Source of the DNA: Candidatus Methylomirabilis sp.
GTDB lineage: Bacteria; Muiribacteriota; Ozemobacteria; Ozemobacterales; Ozemobacteraceae
DNA: 64,000 nucleotides
Reading direction: 5' to 3'
Assembly (NCBI GenBank): GCA_020722725.1
Contig: DYKG01000002.1
Coordinates: 28,851-92,850, forward strand
Shown: positions 1-9,823 of the stretch, one piece after another
Numbering within the stretch: position 1 is the first letter of the stretch
Layout: every line of letters begins with the position of its first letter
Translations under genes and position numbers: made by a program
The notes under the pieces: generated by a model
The model's database searches: none
Seen by the model: only the letters and a program-made list of their open reading frames with translations
Told to the model about the DNA's origin: nothing

Positions 1-30
1 GAGATCTTAGAGATCTCGCTTTTTATTCAG

Positions 31-103
<73 letters not shown>

Positions 104-134
104 TGAAGGACAAACAGAACAATTTATAAATGAA

Positions 135-207
<73 letters not shown>

Positions 208-229
208 AGGACATTCATTTTCACGCGGT

Positions 230-303
230 TGGGCCCAGCTGGACTTGAACCAGCGACCATCCGGTTATGAGCCGGAAGCTCTAACCAACTGAGCTATAGG
301 CCC
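230..303 (-). tRNA. tRNA with CAU anticodon; elongator Met or lysidine-modified Ile2 type (not initiator)
   Basis: The reverse complement reads GGGCCTATAGCTCAGTTGGTTAGAGC...CCGGCTCATAACCGG...GGTCGCTGGTTCAAGTCCAGCTGGGCCCA. The anticodon loop is CTCATAA. The anticodon stem lacks the three G-C pairs of an initiator tRNA. The T-arm GGTCGCTGGTTCAAGTCCAGC resembles Ile2(k2CAU) tRNAs. Confidence 0.8.
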
Positions 304-317
304 GCGACGTGACAAAG

Positions 318-346
318 ATCATAACATAGACATAAAAGGAATGCAA
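318..346 (-). promoter_or_regulatory. Candidate sigma70-type promoter for the tRNA-CAU/tRNA-Glu/tRNA-Glu cluster (TTGCAT-17-TATGAT on the - strand)
   Basis: It lies in the 51-nt gap between the rpoD stop and the first tRNA. The -35 and -10 hexamers are near consensus with a 17-nt spacer, and the -10 element sits about 15 nt upstream of the tRNA 5' end. Confidence 0.35.
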
Positions 347-354
347 GCACTTTT

Positions 355-1497
355 TTATTCCATGTAAAATTCTTTAAGCTTCTTTGAACGACTGGGGTGC
401 CGCAATTTTCGCAGCGCTTTCGCTTCGATCTGGCGAATTCGTTCTCTGGTAACTCCGAATTTCTGACCAACTTCTTCAAGGGTTCTTTGCCAACCGTCTT
501 CAAGACCAAATCGATACTTGATGACCCTTGATTCTCTTTCAGTAAGGGTAGCCAGTACCTTGTTGATCTGTTCTTTAAGAATAAGGTTGAACGCGGTTTC
601 AGCCGGTGGAAGAGCCGACTTGTCTTCAACGAAATCGCCAAGATGCGAATCTTCTTCACCATTAATTGGGGTTTCGAGAGAAATCGGATCCATTGCCGTC
701 TTCATTATGTTTTTCACTTTTTCGACCGGCAGGCCAACTTCAACTGCAAGTTCTTCAACCACAGGATCCCGACCAAGTTTCTGCACCAGCTTGCGCGATG
801 CTTTTCTCAGCTTGTTAATGGTTTCAACCATATGAACCGGAATGCGTATAGTTCTGGCCTGATCGGCAATAGCACGGGTAATCGCCTGTCTGATCCACCA
901 TATGGCATAGGTTGAGAATTTATATCCCTTGCGGTATTTGAATTTTTCAACCGCTCTGATCAAACCCTGGTTCCCCTCCTGGATCAGGTCGAGAAAAAGA
1001 AGACCACGCTTGGTATACTTTTTAGCGACCGAGACAACCAGTCTGAGGTTAGCTTCGATCAGCTTGCGCTGAGCTTCGGCATCACCATGTTCGATGCGCT
1101 TGGCAAGAGTAACTTCTTCCTGCATGGTAAGTAGCCTGATTTTGCCTATTTCGCGAAGATAGACCCGCACAGAATCATCGATATCATCGAAATCCTGTTG
1201 TGCCTTGTCTTCTTCTTCTTCCTCTTTTTTATCTTCGGTTGCAACTGGCAGTTTCTTATCGAGCCGCACTTCATCGTCGTCAACCAGTTCGACATTGCGT
1301 TCCATCAGCTCGTTAATGATTTCTTCAAATGCTTCGGTCGGCAAACCATCTGGCAGAGCCTTATTTATCTCCTGATAAGATAAATAGCCCTGCCGGGTTC
1401 CCAGATCGAGCAATTCATTCCGGATTTCCTCAAGGGTACGGCTTTCTTTCTTTTTTGGTGCCTTTGCCTTGGCCTGAGTTGCCTGCTCTGAATTCAT
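355..1497 (-). CDS. rpoD: RNA polymerase primary sigma factor (sigma-70/RpoD), compact form about 380 aa
   Basis: The translation has region 2 ([27 protein letters not shown]) and region 4 ([15 protein letters not shown]...[29 protein letters not shown]). An ATG at 1497 is preceded by GAGGAA, and the gene is cotranscribed downstream of dnaG. The ORF-track start at 1512 would be a TTG. Confidence 0.93.
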   Translation of the reverse strand: MNSEQATQAKAKAPKKKESRTLEEIRNELLDLGTRQGYLSYQEINKALPDGLPTEAFEEIINELMERNVELVDDDEVRLDKKLPVATEDKKEEEEEDKAQQDFDDIDDSVRVYLREIGKIRLLTMQEEVTLAKRIEHGDAEAQRKLIEANLRLVVSVAKKYTKRGLLFLDLIQEGNQGLIRAVEKFKYRKGYKFSTYAIWWIRQAITRAIADQARTIRIPVHMVETINKLRKASRKLVQKLGRDPVVEELAVEVGLPVEKVKNIMKTAMDPISLETPINGEEDSHLGDFVEDKSALPPAETAFNLILKEQINKVLATLTERESRVIKYRFGLEDGWQRTLEEVGQKFGVTRERIRQIEAKALRKLRHPSRSKKLKEFYME

Positions 1498-1520
1498 AAA
1501 TGTTTTCCTCAACTAGGTAA

Positions 1521-3293
1521 TCAATAAAGCAAGTCAATCTTGCGTTTAATTTCAATCTGCTCCATGCTGAGCAGAGCCAGCTGCCTGTCATCGCCCTTCT
1601 TTTCGACTTCTCTGATCTGACTTTGCAGAGACTTCATTTCATTTTCAAGTCGAGTTTTCAGCAATCCCCTGACACATTCCATAAATGGCTCAGGAGGTCG
1701 ATCTTCAAGGGTGGTGATCAACTCGCTCAATCGTGAAATAAGCTCAGGTTCATCGAGTGCCGCCAGAATCTCGGCCGGTTTCAGAGCACCGCTTGCAGCC
1801 TGTTGTTGAAAGCTTATTGCTTCAAATAGCTTTTTCAGGCGCGGGTCAGTAAAATCGTCGGGAGACAGCAGGGCGCGAACTCTTTCAAGTTCATCAGGAT
1901 ATTCAAGCAGATGCTTGATAACCCATTCCTGTCTTTGAACCGCTGCATTCAAAACCGGAGAAACCAGGTTTCTCTTTTTCTGAATTTCGTTTACCCGTGG
2001 CGCTTCGCGACCGGCAAATTCCTTTTCCAGGGTCAGGGGTTCCACGTCCAGCAGTTTCGAGATGTTTTTGATAACTTCGCTTCTCGCAATTGAACTGTGG
2101 ATGGCCGGGATCAGTTCCTTGAATTCCTGGATCAGTTTTTCCTTCACCTGAATTTCGAACGGAGGTTTCAAACCACGGGTGTTACTTTCTATCAGAAAAG
2201 TATATATATCGACTGCCTTATCAAGCAGTTTTTTAAAATTGTCTGCGCCCTCGCGACAAACAAAGCTGTCGGGGTCGTCTTTCGGGTCGGCGAAGCAAAT
2301 AACTCTTGCATTGATAGAGGTGTCTTTCTGCAGAGAAATTGCCCGCAGAGTTGCGCGCTGCCCGGCTGCATCAGCATCGTAGCAGAAATAAACCGTTTCG
2401 CAGTTGCGTGCCAGCATATGAATCTGATCTGAGGTTATCGCGGTTCCAAGTGTTGCAACCACATTGGCGATTCCGTGCTGCACCAGACTGATGGTGTCGA
2501 GATATCCTTCCACGACAATGGCAGAATTAAGCCGGCGAATTGTGGGCAAAGCCTCGCGAAAGTTAAACAACAGCTTGCGCTTGTTAAATGCCTCACTCTC
2601 AGGTGAATTCAGGTATTTTGGCTCTTCATCGGCAACCATGACTCGACCGCCAAAACCCGCAACCCGACCATGGTTATCAATAATCGGAATCATCAGGCGA
2701 TTGCGAAAAACATCATAGAAGCCCGAACCAGTGTTTCTCGGCTTGATCAGGCCGGCACGTTCAAGCAGACGCAACTCATCCTGATTCCGACCCATCTTTA
2801 ACACCAGGGCATCCCAGGCCTCCAGCGCAAGGCCCATACGAAATTTCTTAACCGTTTCACTCGAAAGCTTGCGGCGGCGAAGGTAAGCACGGGCCGATTC
2901 GCCGGCAGAGGCATCGAGCAGATTTTTTTCATAAAACCGGGCAGCTCGTTCGAGCACGTCATAAACTTCAGATTTTTTCTCGAAATCTGGATCTCTCTCG
3001 GTGGGCAACTCGATTCCGGCACGGGCGGCGAGATATTTCACCGCTTCAGGAAAAGACATGTGTTCGAGTTCCATCAGGAACGAAAAAACATCGCCACCTT
3101 TTCCACAGCCGAAACAATGATAAATCTGTTTGTCGGCAACTACGTTGAAACTCGGGGTCTTTTCCTTGTGGAGAGGACATAAGGCTTTGTAGTTATGACC
3201 AGAAGGAATCAGGCGTACATGTTCACCGATAATCTGAACGATATCGGTTCTTTCCCGGATCTCTGCTATTATTTCGTTTGAAATAATGCCCAA
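1521..3293 (-). CDS. dnaG: DNA primase DnaG
   Basis: An N-terminal zinc ribbon (CPLHKEKTPSF...YHCFGCGKGGDVFSF) is followed by a TOPRIM region (VVEGYLD). It has a TTG start with an AGGAG ribosome-binding site, and the dnaG-rpoD order is classic. Confidence 0.93.
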   Translation of the reverse strand: MGIISNEIIAEIRERTDIVQIIGEHVRLIPSGHNYKALCPLHKEKTPSFNVVADKQIYHCFGCGKGGDVFSFLMELEHMSFPEAVKYLAARAGIELPTERDPDFEKKSEVYDVLERAARFYEKNLLDASAGESARAYLRRRKLSSETVKKFRMGLALEAWDALVLKMGRNQDELRLLERAGLIKPRNTGSGFYDVFRNRLMIPIIDNHGRVAGFGGRVMVADEEPKYLNSPESEAFNKRKLLFNFREALPTIRRLNSAIVVEGYLDTISLVQHGIANVVATLGTAITSDQIHMLARNCETVYFCYDADAAGQRATLRAISLQKDTSINARVICFADPKDDPDSFVCREGADNFKKLLDKAVDIYTFLIESNTRGLKPPFEIQVKEKLIQEFKELIPAIHSSIARSEVIKNISKLLDVEPLTLEKEFAGREAPRVNEIQKKRNLVSPVLNAAVQRQEWVIKHLLEYPDELERVRALLSPDDFTDPRLKKLFEAISFQQQAASGALKPAEILAALDEPELISRLSELITTLEDRPPEPFMECVRGLLKTRLENEMKSLQSQIREVEKKGDDRQLALLSMEQIEIKRKIDLLY

Positions 3294-3379
3294 GCGGTAC
3301 TCCTGTTAAAACATATCGCAAACCACGAGTTGAATTGTTAATTGTAGTCTATTTTCAAACAGGAGTCAATCAATTTTAT

Positions 3380-5410
3380 TTAAATTTTCTTATGAAAAAC
3401 TTTTACTATTGCCAGCGAACTGATCAGAAAAGCTGCCAAAATGGCTGCGAGAGCCTGAAAATCCGCCTCGTTTTCGTCTATGGACTTCATGGCAAAAAGA
3501 ATAAAACCGGGAATCTTCTTCATTGGTGAAGCAACCACCATAAATCTCCCGCCATCCTTATCCACAATTCGGCTTTGAAGGTTTTCGGTAGCCAGAACTT
3601 TTTCGAACATTTCTCCGGAAAACGAGTACTTGGCCATTTCGCCTGGAAATGGCATTCTGTCTGCCAGTCGCGATTTCATCGCCAGCTGCACGCCATCTTT
3701 GTTAAAACGACCGCCACGATGGATATGTTGCAATACCTGTTGCTTCAAAAATGCCTCAGAATGCCCCAGGGCTTCATTCCAGAATACCAGTAACAAGGGC
3801 TCTTTTTTCTCGCCAGACTCAACAAAGGTGCTATAAAGATAAAATTTCTGATTTGCAAGTGGTAGCTCAATAATCTGGTCGTTTCTTTCAAAAATTTTCA
3901 AGAAACTGGCACGACTTTCTGCGTCACCAATGAATTCATCAAGGTTTTCAGACATGGCATCGAACATCATATCATTGATGCGACTTTTCCAGCCGCCGGG
4001 CCGGGCGAATCTCATAGAAAACAAACGCCGACTCATTGCCGGCAACAATTTTCCCAGAATGCCCCCAGACTTTCCCGAGTCTGGGTAACTGAACCTGACC
4101 GCGCCTTCTTTGTTAATGACAAAAACCTTTTTCAATTCATGCTTTTCACAAGCATCTTCAAGCCTTTTGATTGCGCCCTCAGCGCCAAAGCAACAAATTT
4201 CCGCCGCAAGATCAGAATATTTCTTTTCGAGAGCCACGACAGCTGCGCCATAATGCTCATCAACCGCCCTGATCGTTCCCAACAAGTTCTGCGATGACTC
4301 CTGCTGACCAGCGCGGGCGTTAAGGAAAACCGCATAAGAACCAAGGAAAATCAAGCCCACCAGCGGCATCAATGAACCAATAAGCAAATATTGCCCCGGG
4401 TTAAGTCTGCCACCAATAATTTTTTCGGCAAAGCCGGGCGAATGAAAGGCTTTTCCCACCAGCATCATTAGCATCGTCAGCCAGAAAATTTTCAGGAAAA
4501 AGTGATAAAAAAACGAACCAAAACCAGAAAACGGGCGAAACGCCAGAATAAAGCGACCAGATTCTATGGGTAAAGCGCTTAAGATACCATGAGTCAGAGT
4601 TTTTTCATAAACATAGTCAGTTTCAAATTCCTGAAGAACTTTTTTCAGTCCGGCAAAATCAAGACCTGACCCGGAAAAAAAACGTGACAGATTAAAATTT
4701 CCGGCAACATTGCCCTGATCGACCACGGCAAAAACAGTCTTTTCCTCAGCCTGAACAGAGGAATCAATTATCAATCTCCGCAGAGCGAAATCTCTGGGAA
4801 TCTGATGATTTTCAAAAAAAACGATCATGCCGCCCTTGAATTTCCCGGATTCGAGATGAGAAAAGAATGAATTCCAGTAGAACCAGCCCGGCGAACCACC
4901 CAATTGAACATTGACCAGGCTTGATTTTTCGTTAGCCAGAAATACGGGATTGATTTTTCCAAGAAATGACTGAAATAACGGTCGATATGAAGCCAGAAGA
5001 TCGGTTTTCCCCTCTAATTCTGGCTGCACCAGTGCCTTGAAAACTTTTCCAATCAACGTATGATATAAATCAGATTCACCTTTTAACTGAATATGCTGAG
5101 CGTTCTCGTTAAAAAAGCGAAAGCTGGCAAAATTTAGCCCTTCTGCCTTAACCCGGTCAAGAAAAGCCTGGATCGTTTCAGGTTTTATCAGTTCCTCACT
5201 GAGTTTTCCATAGACAAAGTTAAGGCGTTTCTGAATAAAATTGCTGTCATTGCTTTCGCGCCGAATCATTTCAAGATCCTGTCGAATATCTTCAAAATAC
5301 TCACGCTGCAAGGTTTCTCTGTAGCTATGCAAAATGTGAAAACTGCCTGCAACAGCCGCAAGTATTGACAGGATAACGACCAGAATTGTGGGCCAGATTA
5401 CATTTTTCAT
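3380..5410 (-). CDS. Large membrane protein of unknown function (N-terminal TM, about 290-aa periplasmic segment, second TM cluster, about 320-aa cytoplasmic region)
   Basis: The 676-aa ORF has hydrophobic segments at the N-terminus and mid-protein (FFYHFFLKIFWLTMLMMLVG...LLIGSLMPLVGLIFLGSYAVFL). No recognisable catalytic motif was seen. It sits directly upstream of dnaG on the same strand. Confidence 0.6.
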   Translation of the reverse strand: MKNVIWPTILVVILSILAAVAGSFHILHSYRETLQREYFEDIRQDLEMIRRESNDSNFIQKRLNFVYGKLSEELIKPETIQAFLDRVKAEGLNFASFRFFNENAQHIQLKGESDLYHTLIGKVFKALVQPELEGKTDLLASYRPLFQSFLGKINPVFLANEKSSLVNVQLGGSPGWFYWNSFFSHLESGKFKGGMIVFFENHQIPRDFALRRLIIDSSVQAEEKTVFAVVDQGNVAGNFNLSRFFSGSGLDFAGLKKVLQEFETDYVYEKTLTHGILSALPIESGRFILAFRPFSGFGSFFYHFFLKIFWLTMLMMLVGKAFHSPGFAEKIIGGRLNPGQYLLIGSLMPLVGLIFLGSYAVFLNARAGQQESSQNLLGTIRAVDEHYGAAVVALEKKYSDLAAEICCFGAEGAIKRLEDACEKHELKKVFVINKEGAVRFSYPDSGKSGGILGKLLPAMSRRLFSMRFARPGGWKSRINDMMFDAMSENLDEFIGDAESRASFLKIFERNDQIIELPLANQKFYLYSTFVESGEKKEPLLLVFWNEALGHSEAFLKQQVLQHIHRGGRFNKDGVQLAMKSRLADRMPFPGEMAKYSFSGEMFEKVLATENLQSRIVDKDGGRFMVVASPMKKIPGFILFAMKSIDENEADFQALAAILAAFLISSLAIVKVFHKKI

Positions 5411-5535
5411 GCAACTTCTGCTTCCTCAATTGCAATATCTTCCCAATGAAATATTAATGCATTATTGTTCTGATGACAACTCAACAATCATCTGATATAT
5501 TGAAAAAAATAAATCTTCTAGTTTTAGAGGAAACC

Positions 5536-6558
5536 ATGAAAAAAACTTTGGTAACCATAGCACTGACCGGTGCCTTAATGATAAATCTGAGCGCTTTTGC
5601 ATCGGCACTCAATCCTGAAGCTGAAGCACTCTATAAGAAAGCCGAATCTGCTTTTGTCGGCAAAGATTTGTCCGCCGCCGAAACCAGCCTCGTTGAAGCT
5701 CTTAAGCTTGAGCCTGACAACGCATTTTTTCGTTACATTCTTGGTCAGGTTCAATTTAAAGCTTCAAACTTTCTCGAAGCCAAAAGCAATCTTGAGATCG
5801 TAGGTCGCTCAAGACCTTCACCAGACAAGGGCGATGATTACAATAAAAAGCTGAAAGGGTCGAAAAAGAAAATTAAAGACCTGCAGGAGGCCTTTAACAA
5901 AGCTGGTTCCGAAAAATTTGACATCTATCAAAAAAATAAAGACAACCCGAACAAGCTTAAACTTGCTGTAACTATTTACCAGGCTTTCAGGCTTAATCCG
6001 CCGCTGCGATACAAGAATTTCAAGCTTCTGGAATCAATTATTCAAACTTATGAAGAAGCACTGAAAAAATCTTTTGATGGCAGCGAATGGCAGAAAGAAC
6101 CCATGCTGCAACTGGCATTTCTTTATGAAATTGCCAATAAAAAAGACAAGGCCGCAGAGGTTTACATGCGGGCTCTCGACTATGTTGAAGATCCAAATGA
6201 AGAGTTCGTTATAACCCATAAATTTGACTATCTTAACCGCTCAAATAAAGAAAAATTGCTTGATACCATCGAAGCAGGCGAATTTACCCGCCAGGATCTC
6301 GAAGAACTTATCGGCAGCGGTAGCCAGAAGATTTCAGAAGATGACAAAAAGAAAATTGAAGACATCATTGCCGATGCCCGGGCCAAACTTGAAGATTCTA
6401 CAACTGACGAAGAGCGCGAGTCGGTGCTTGAAGAAATCAAGGCAACCATCATAGAAAAACAGAAACGCGGTGAATTGCCTGGCCAGGAAGAACTTAAAAA
6501 GAAACTTGAAAAAGAGGGTAAGACCATGGAGGAATACCTGAAAGAAAAAGGAATCTGA
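5536..6558 (+). CDS. Secreted TPR/coiled-coil protein (signal peptide MKKTLVTIALTGALMINLSAFA), Lys/Glu-rich C-terminus
   Basis: An ATG at 5536 is preceded by GAGGAA. A signal peptide is present, with a TPR-like region (LVEALKLEPDNAFFRYILGQVQ) and a charged, low-complexity C-terminal half. Confidence 0.6.
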   Translation: MKKTLVTIALTGALMINLSAFASALNPEAEALYKKAESAFVGKDLSAAETSLVEALKLEPDNAFFRYILGQVQFKASNFLEAKSNLEIVGRSRPSPDKGDDYNKKLKGSKKKIKDLQEAFNKAGSEKFDIYQKNKDNPNKLKLAVTIYQAFRLNPPLRYKNFKLLESIIQTYEEALKKSFDGSEWQKEPMLQLAFLYEIANKKDKAAEVYMRALDYVEDPNEEFVITHKFDYLNRSNKEKLLDTIEAGEFTRQDLEELIGSGSQKISEDDKKKIEDIIADARAKLEDSTTDEERESVLEEIKATIIEKQKRGELPGQEELKKKLEKEGKTMEEYLKEKGI

Positions 6559-6600
6559 TCTGGTTCAGCCACAGGATTTATCCCGAGGAGAAATTTCAAC

Positions 6601-8010
6601 ATGAACTTTAGAAAGTATTGTATCTTGGCATGCCTTCTGACGTTGATCTTTTCGTGCATATCCACAGCGTCATCCAATGTTGCCGACACACTGAACCAGG
6701 TGAAAGAGCACCTGGAACAAAAAGATTTTGCTTCAGCACGAACCCTTCTTATTGATGCTTTGAAAACAAATAAAGAAGAGTATCGCCTCTGGCTTGGCCT
6801 GGGTTACGTTTATGAAGAAGAGCAAGACTACCCTAAGGCTCTGCAGGCATTTACCTTTGCGAGCGAACTCAAAACCAACATTCCAGGATTATCTGAAAGG
6901 ATTAGTCGAATTCAGGAGCTGATAAAAATCAACTGGAAAGAAATCTCCAGGGATTCGAATGAAAAGTCAAATGAAAATGCCAATCACTCGCTTCTGGAAA
7001 AGGCCAGATGCCTTTTGGCATTCGGCAAAGAGCTTGAGGGCTACAAGACCTTCTATGAAGCGGTTGAGTCTGATAGAAGCATTCTGGCCAACGATTTTGG
7101 GCTGGTTGAAAAAGGCTTGAACTTTTTTAATAAAAACAGCGGCCAAGACCCTGAATTTGAGTTCTTCATCGGAGCCTATCAATATTTCTCAGGTCAATAC
7201 GACAAGGCTTCATCTCAGTTAAAAAAATATATCAGTAAAAACGAGGAATCTCCCCGATCGCAGGATGCAAAAAAGCTTCTGGATGAAACCATGGAAATCA
7301 TCAGAATGGCCAATGCAAAGCAAGATGCGGTTGAAACTGAAAAAAAACCTGACAAAATGCCGGCCTCTGCAACGATTGATGTTTCCAAACAGCCTTCAAA
7401 TTCAGAACCGATAAAGGAATATGCCTCGATTGAAGAGACTCCCTCTACCGAGCCTGTTTCCGGCGAATCTTTTTCCATCACCCTTGCAAGAGAACGTGCT
7501 TTGAAATTGCTTTCAGACTATGATCAAGAGCCAGATTCGCGCAAAAAACTGGAAATAATCTGGAGGGTTGGAATGATTAGACTGCCTGACCCCGAAATAA
7601 TGGCAAAGATGGCTGAGTTTTTAGGCGACAGTGATATTCAAACCGTTGTTGCAACCCTTGAAGCCCTGACAAAAATTGGCATAAACGGAGCCCGGATTTG
7701 TGGCTCGCATGTGTTGAAACTTCTCGACAGCGATGAATTCATTATCAAATGGTCAACTATACGTACCCTTGAAGTTTTACCTCTGCTTCCCGGCAAAGCA
7801 ATCCCCCGTCTGTTCAGGATTTATCAGAAAGAAGACCGTCCTGCCCGCCAGGGAATGATTTTAACTACCATAAATTCCTATGGGGAACCGGGTCGAAACG
7901 TCCTTAGGCAAATGCTGCAGGATGCAACCGGCCCAAATAAGAGACCAATAGCTCAAATTCTCAGCATTCTTACTGGCGAAAGCGTGGAAAATCTAATTCG
8001 TGACAGCTGA
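6601..8010 (+). CDS. TPR-repeat lipoprotein with HEAT-like C-terminal region
   Basis: A GAGGAG ribosome-binding site precedes the start. The signal peptide carries a lipobox (LTLIFSC). TPR-like helices are visible (RLWLGLGYVYEEEQDYPKALQAF), followed by an armadillo/HEAT-like C-terminus. Confidence 0.6.
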   Translation: MNFRKYCILACLLTLIFSCISTASSNVADTLNQVKEHLEQKDFASARTLLIDALKTNKEEYRLWLGLGYVYEEEQDYPKALQAFTFASELKTNIPGLSERISRIQELIKINWKEISRDSNEKSNENANHSLLEKARCLLAFGKELEGYKTFYEAVESDRSILANDFGLVEKGLNFFNKNSGQDPEFEFFIGAYQYFSGQYDKASSQLKKYISKNEESPRSQDAKKLLDETMEIIRMANAKQDAVETEKKPDKMPASATIDVSKQPSNSEPIKEYASIEETPSTEPVSGESFSITLARERALKLLSDYDQEPDSRKKLEIIWRVGMIRLPDPEIMAKMAEFLGDSDIQTVVATLEALTKIGINGARICGSHVLKLLDSDEFIIKWSTIRTLEVLPLLPGKAIPRLFRIYQKEDRPARQGMILTTINSYGEPGRNVLRQMLQDATGPNKRPIAQILSILTGESVENLIRDS

Positions 8011-8052
8011 TAAGCAGGTACAATCTTCGCTGTTCTCTGTTATAATCTAGTT

Positions 8053-8706
8053 GTGGATAATAAAAACATAAGAAAAAGTGGATTTACTCTGGTTGAAATT
8101 CTTGTTGCTGCCGCGGTTCTATCGATTTTTACGCTGGCTGGTTACAAGGTTTTCATAGCCATGTCGCGTTCTTTTCAAAAAGGCAGTTGGTCTCTGGCGA
8201 CCCAGAATAAGCTGAGAAATGGCTTGAATTTCATTCGCGAAGAAATGCAGAAGGCCACATATAGAACCGATGTTATGGTTAATGGAACTACCATTACCGA
8301 TGCTGGTTTCGAATTGAATCTCAACAACAGCGACAAGATTACCGATGGAAAAGTTGCCGAGTGGTACATCTGCCTTCCTTTCGTAAGCGGGGATATCAAC
8401 AGCCCAGGAGCAATTTTCAAATGCGAATTGAAAATTTCCGGCGGCAAATTATTATATTCCAAAGGCCTCGAAGAAGGTTCAGACCCGCTCAATAAAGAGA
8501 AAATATTTTCTAATTACAAAGTCCTTGAAGACGTATCAGAACTTGAAATAATCCAGGAAGACTTCGACCCGGACAACAAAAAAATGGGAAGTCTGATAAC
8601 TTTTGTGATTACTGTTAAGCATTATGACCAGAATCAGTATCCTGAAGCCCATGTAATCAACCGAACCGGTGCGAAAGTTGAAGTAGGAGTTTTGCGGACC
8701 CTATGA
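8053..8706 (+). CDS. Prepilin-type (type IV pilin-like/pseudopilin) protein with N-terminal cleavage/methylation motif
   Basis: The N-terminus MDNKNIRKSG|FTLVEILVAAAVLSIF has a short basic leader, G at -1, F at +1, E at +5 and a hydrophobic helix. It has a GTG start. Confidence 0.8.
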   Translation: MDNKNIRKSGFTLVEILVAAAVLSIFTLAGYKVFIAMSRSFQKGSWSLATQNKLRNGLNFIREEMQKATYRTDVMVNGTTITDAGFELNLNNSDKITDGKVAEWYICLPFVSGDINSPGAIFKCELKISGGKLLYSKGLEEGSDPLNKEKIFSNYKVLEDVSELEIIQEDFDPDNKKMGSLITFVITVKHYDQNQYPEAHVINRTGAKVEVGVLRTL

Positions 8707-9245
8707 AAAAAAGAAGAGGCTTAACTCTGGTAGAAATAATGATGGCCATTGGAATTCTTGGAGCCATCATTATTCCAGTTCTTGGTCTTCTTGACTACTC
8801 AAATCGCGGAACCCGTGAACAGGATGCTGAAGGCATTGCTGCAAACCTGGCAAAAGAAAAAATGAATCAGCTGATGTTCGTGATCAGTCGCGACAATCTG
8901 CTTGCCAATGCCGGCACAACCAGCACTGAAAACATCAAAGGCAACGACATCGCATGGAAATACCAGGTTTACACCTTCAGCAATGCAGAATTAGGCTTCA
9001 GCGTCCCCCAATTTAAGTTTCACGATCCCCAGATTTGTGCCAGCGGCTACGAATCAAGCCCAGGAACAGTCCTTGATGCGCCCAAAACCATGACTTTAGA
9101 AGAAGTTTACCCTGATGCAACTGCCGAAATCAGAATGGTCGACATCAACATGACAGTTAAATGGAAACTGCCTAACCAGGGAGCTTACGATGATAGAAAC
9201 CAGTTTCAACTGGTTGCAAGGAGGACCTTCCTTGTTACCGAATAG
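8703..9245 (+). CDS. Prepilin-type pseudopilin
   Basis: The N-terminus MKKRRG|LTLVEIMMAIGILGAIIIPVLGLL is a class III signal with E at +5. Its ATG overlaps the upstream stop (ATGA). Confidence 0.8.
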   Translation: MKKRRGLTLVEIMMAIGILGAIIIPVLGLLDYSNRGTREQDAEGIAANLAKEKMNQLMFVISRDNLLANAGTTSTENIKGNDIAWKYQVYTFSNAELGFSVPQFKFHDPQICASGYESSPGTVLDAPKTMTLEEVYPDATAEIRMVDINMTVKWKLPNQGAYDDRNQFQLVARRTFLVTE

Positions 9246-9273
9246 AAAAAAGATTGTTGGTTTGAGAAAAGGC

Positions 9274-9804
9274 ATGGCGATTCCGCTGGTGCTGGTTTTT
9301 TGCGTTTGCGTGATGGTCTTCGCATCATCGCTTGCGCTTTTCCGCAAAGAATCAAAACAGCAGAATCTTGGCAATGTTCATTTCCTTCAGGCAAATTTCA
9401 TGGCTCAAAGTGCAGTTCAGATGATGCTGCTCAAATTGAGCGCCTTTCCCCAGGAAGCCTGCGACGCAGGAGTTCTATCTCTTGGTTACTGCCCTTTCCG
9501 TGGCATCATAGCAGGAAGTGAGGTTTCTCCTAACCCTGCGAGTTCTAATTCTGATGGTCTTGCCCAGTTTTTTGCCGACTGCAATTCGACAGCATTTCCA
9601 ATCAAAGTGCCCGGGCTCTCCGCTGACTGGAAATTTGCAGTCACCGATTTCAAAGTCATCAGCGCCTACACCAATCCTGCAGAGAGACAACTTATAATTT
9701 CTGCTCAAATTACCTCAGAAGGTGAAACCAGGCTTGCAAAAGGCGGTATGGATGTTCGCAAAGAAGAAATGATCAAAACGGTAAAACTAACAAGAGAAAA
9801 TTAG
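9274..9804 (+). CDS. Membrane-anchored protein, possible GspK-like minor pseudopilin (no E+5)
   Basis: Taken from ATG 9274, the N-terminus MAIPLVLVFCVCVMVFASSLALF is hydrophobic and preceded by basic residues. The alternative start at 9190 (track) would overlap the upstream gene by 56 nt. The start is uncertain. Confidence 0.45.
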   Translation: MAIPLVLVFCVCVMVFASSLALFRKESKQQNLGNVHFLQANFMAQSAVQMMLLKLSAFPQEACDAGVLSLGYCPFRGIIAGSEVSPNPASSNSDGLAQFFADCNSTAFPIKVPGLSADWKFAVTDFKVISAYTNPAERQLIISAQITSEGETRLAKGGMDVRKEEMIKTVKLTREN

Positions 9805-9823
9805 TTCTGTCAGGAGGACCATT

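Noticed and set aside
294-1383. ORF-track entries 294..662(-), 518..835(+), 643..915(+) and 1198..1383(+) overlapping rpoD and the tRNA-CAU gene
   Set aside because: They are antisense or alternative frames inside the strongly supported rpoD CDS and the tRNA. They have no ribosome-binding site and the translations are low-complexity. They are artefacts of six-frame translation.
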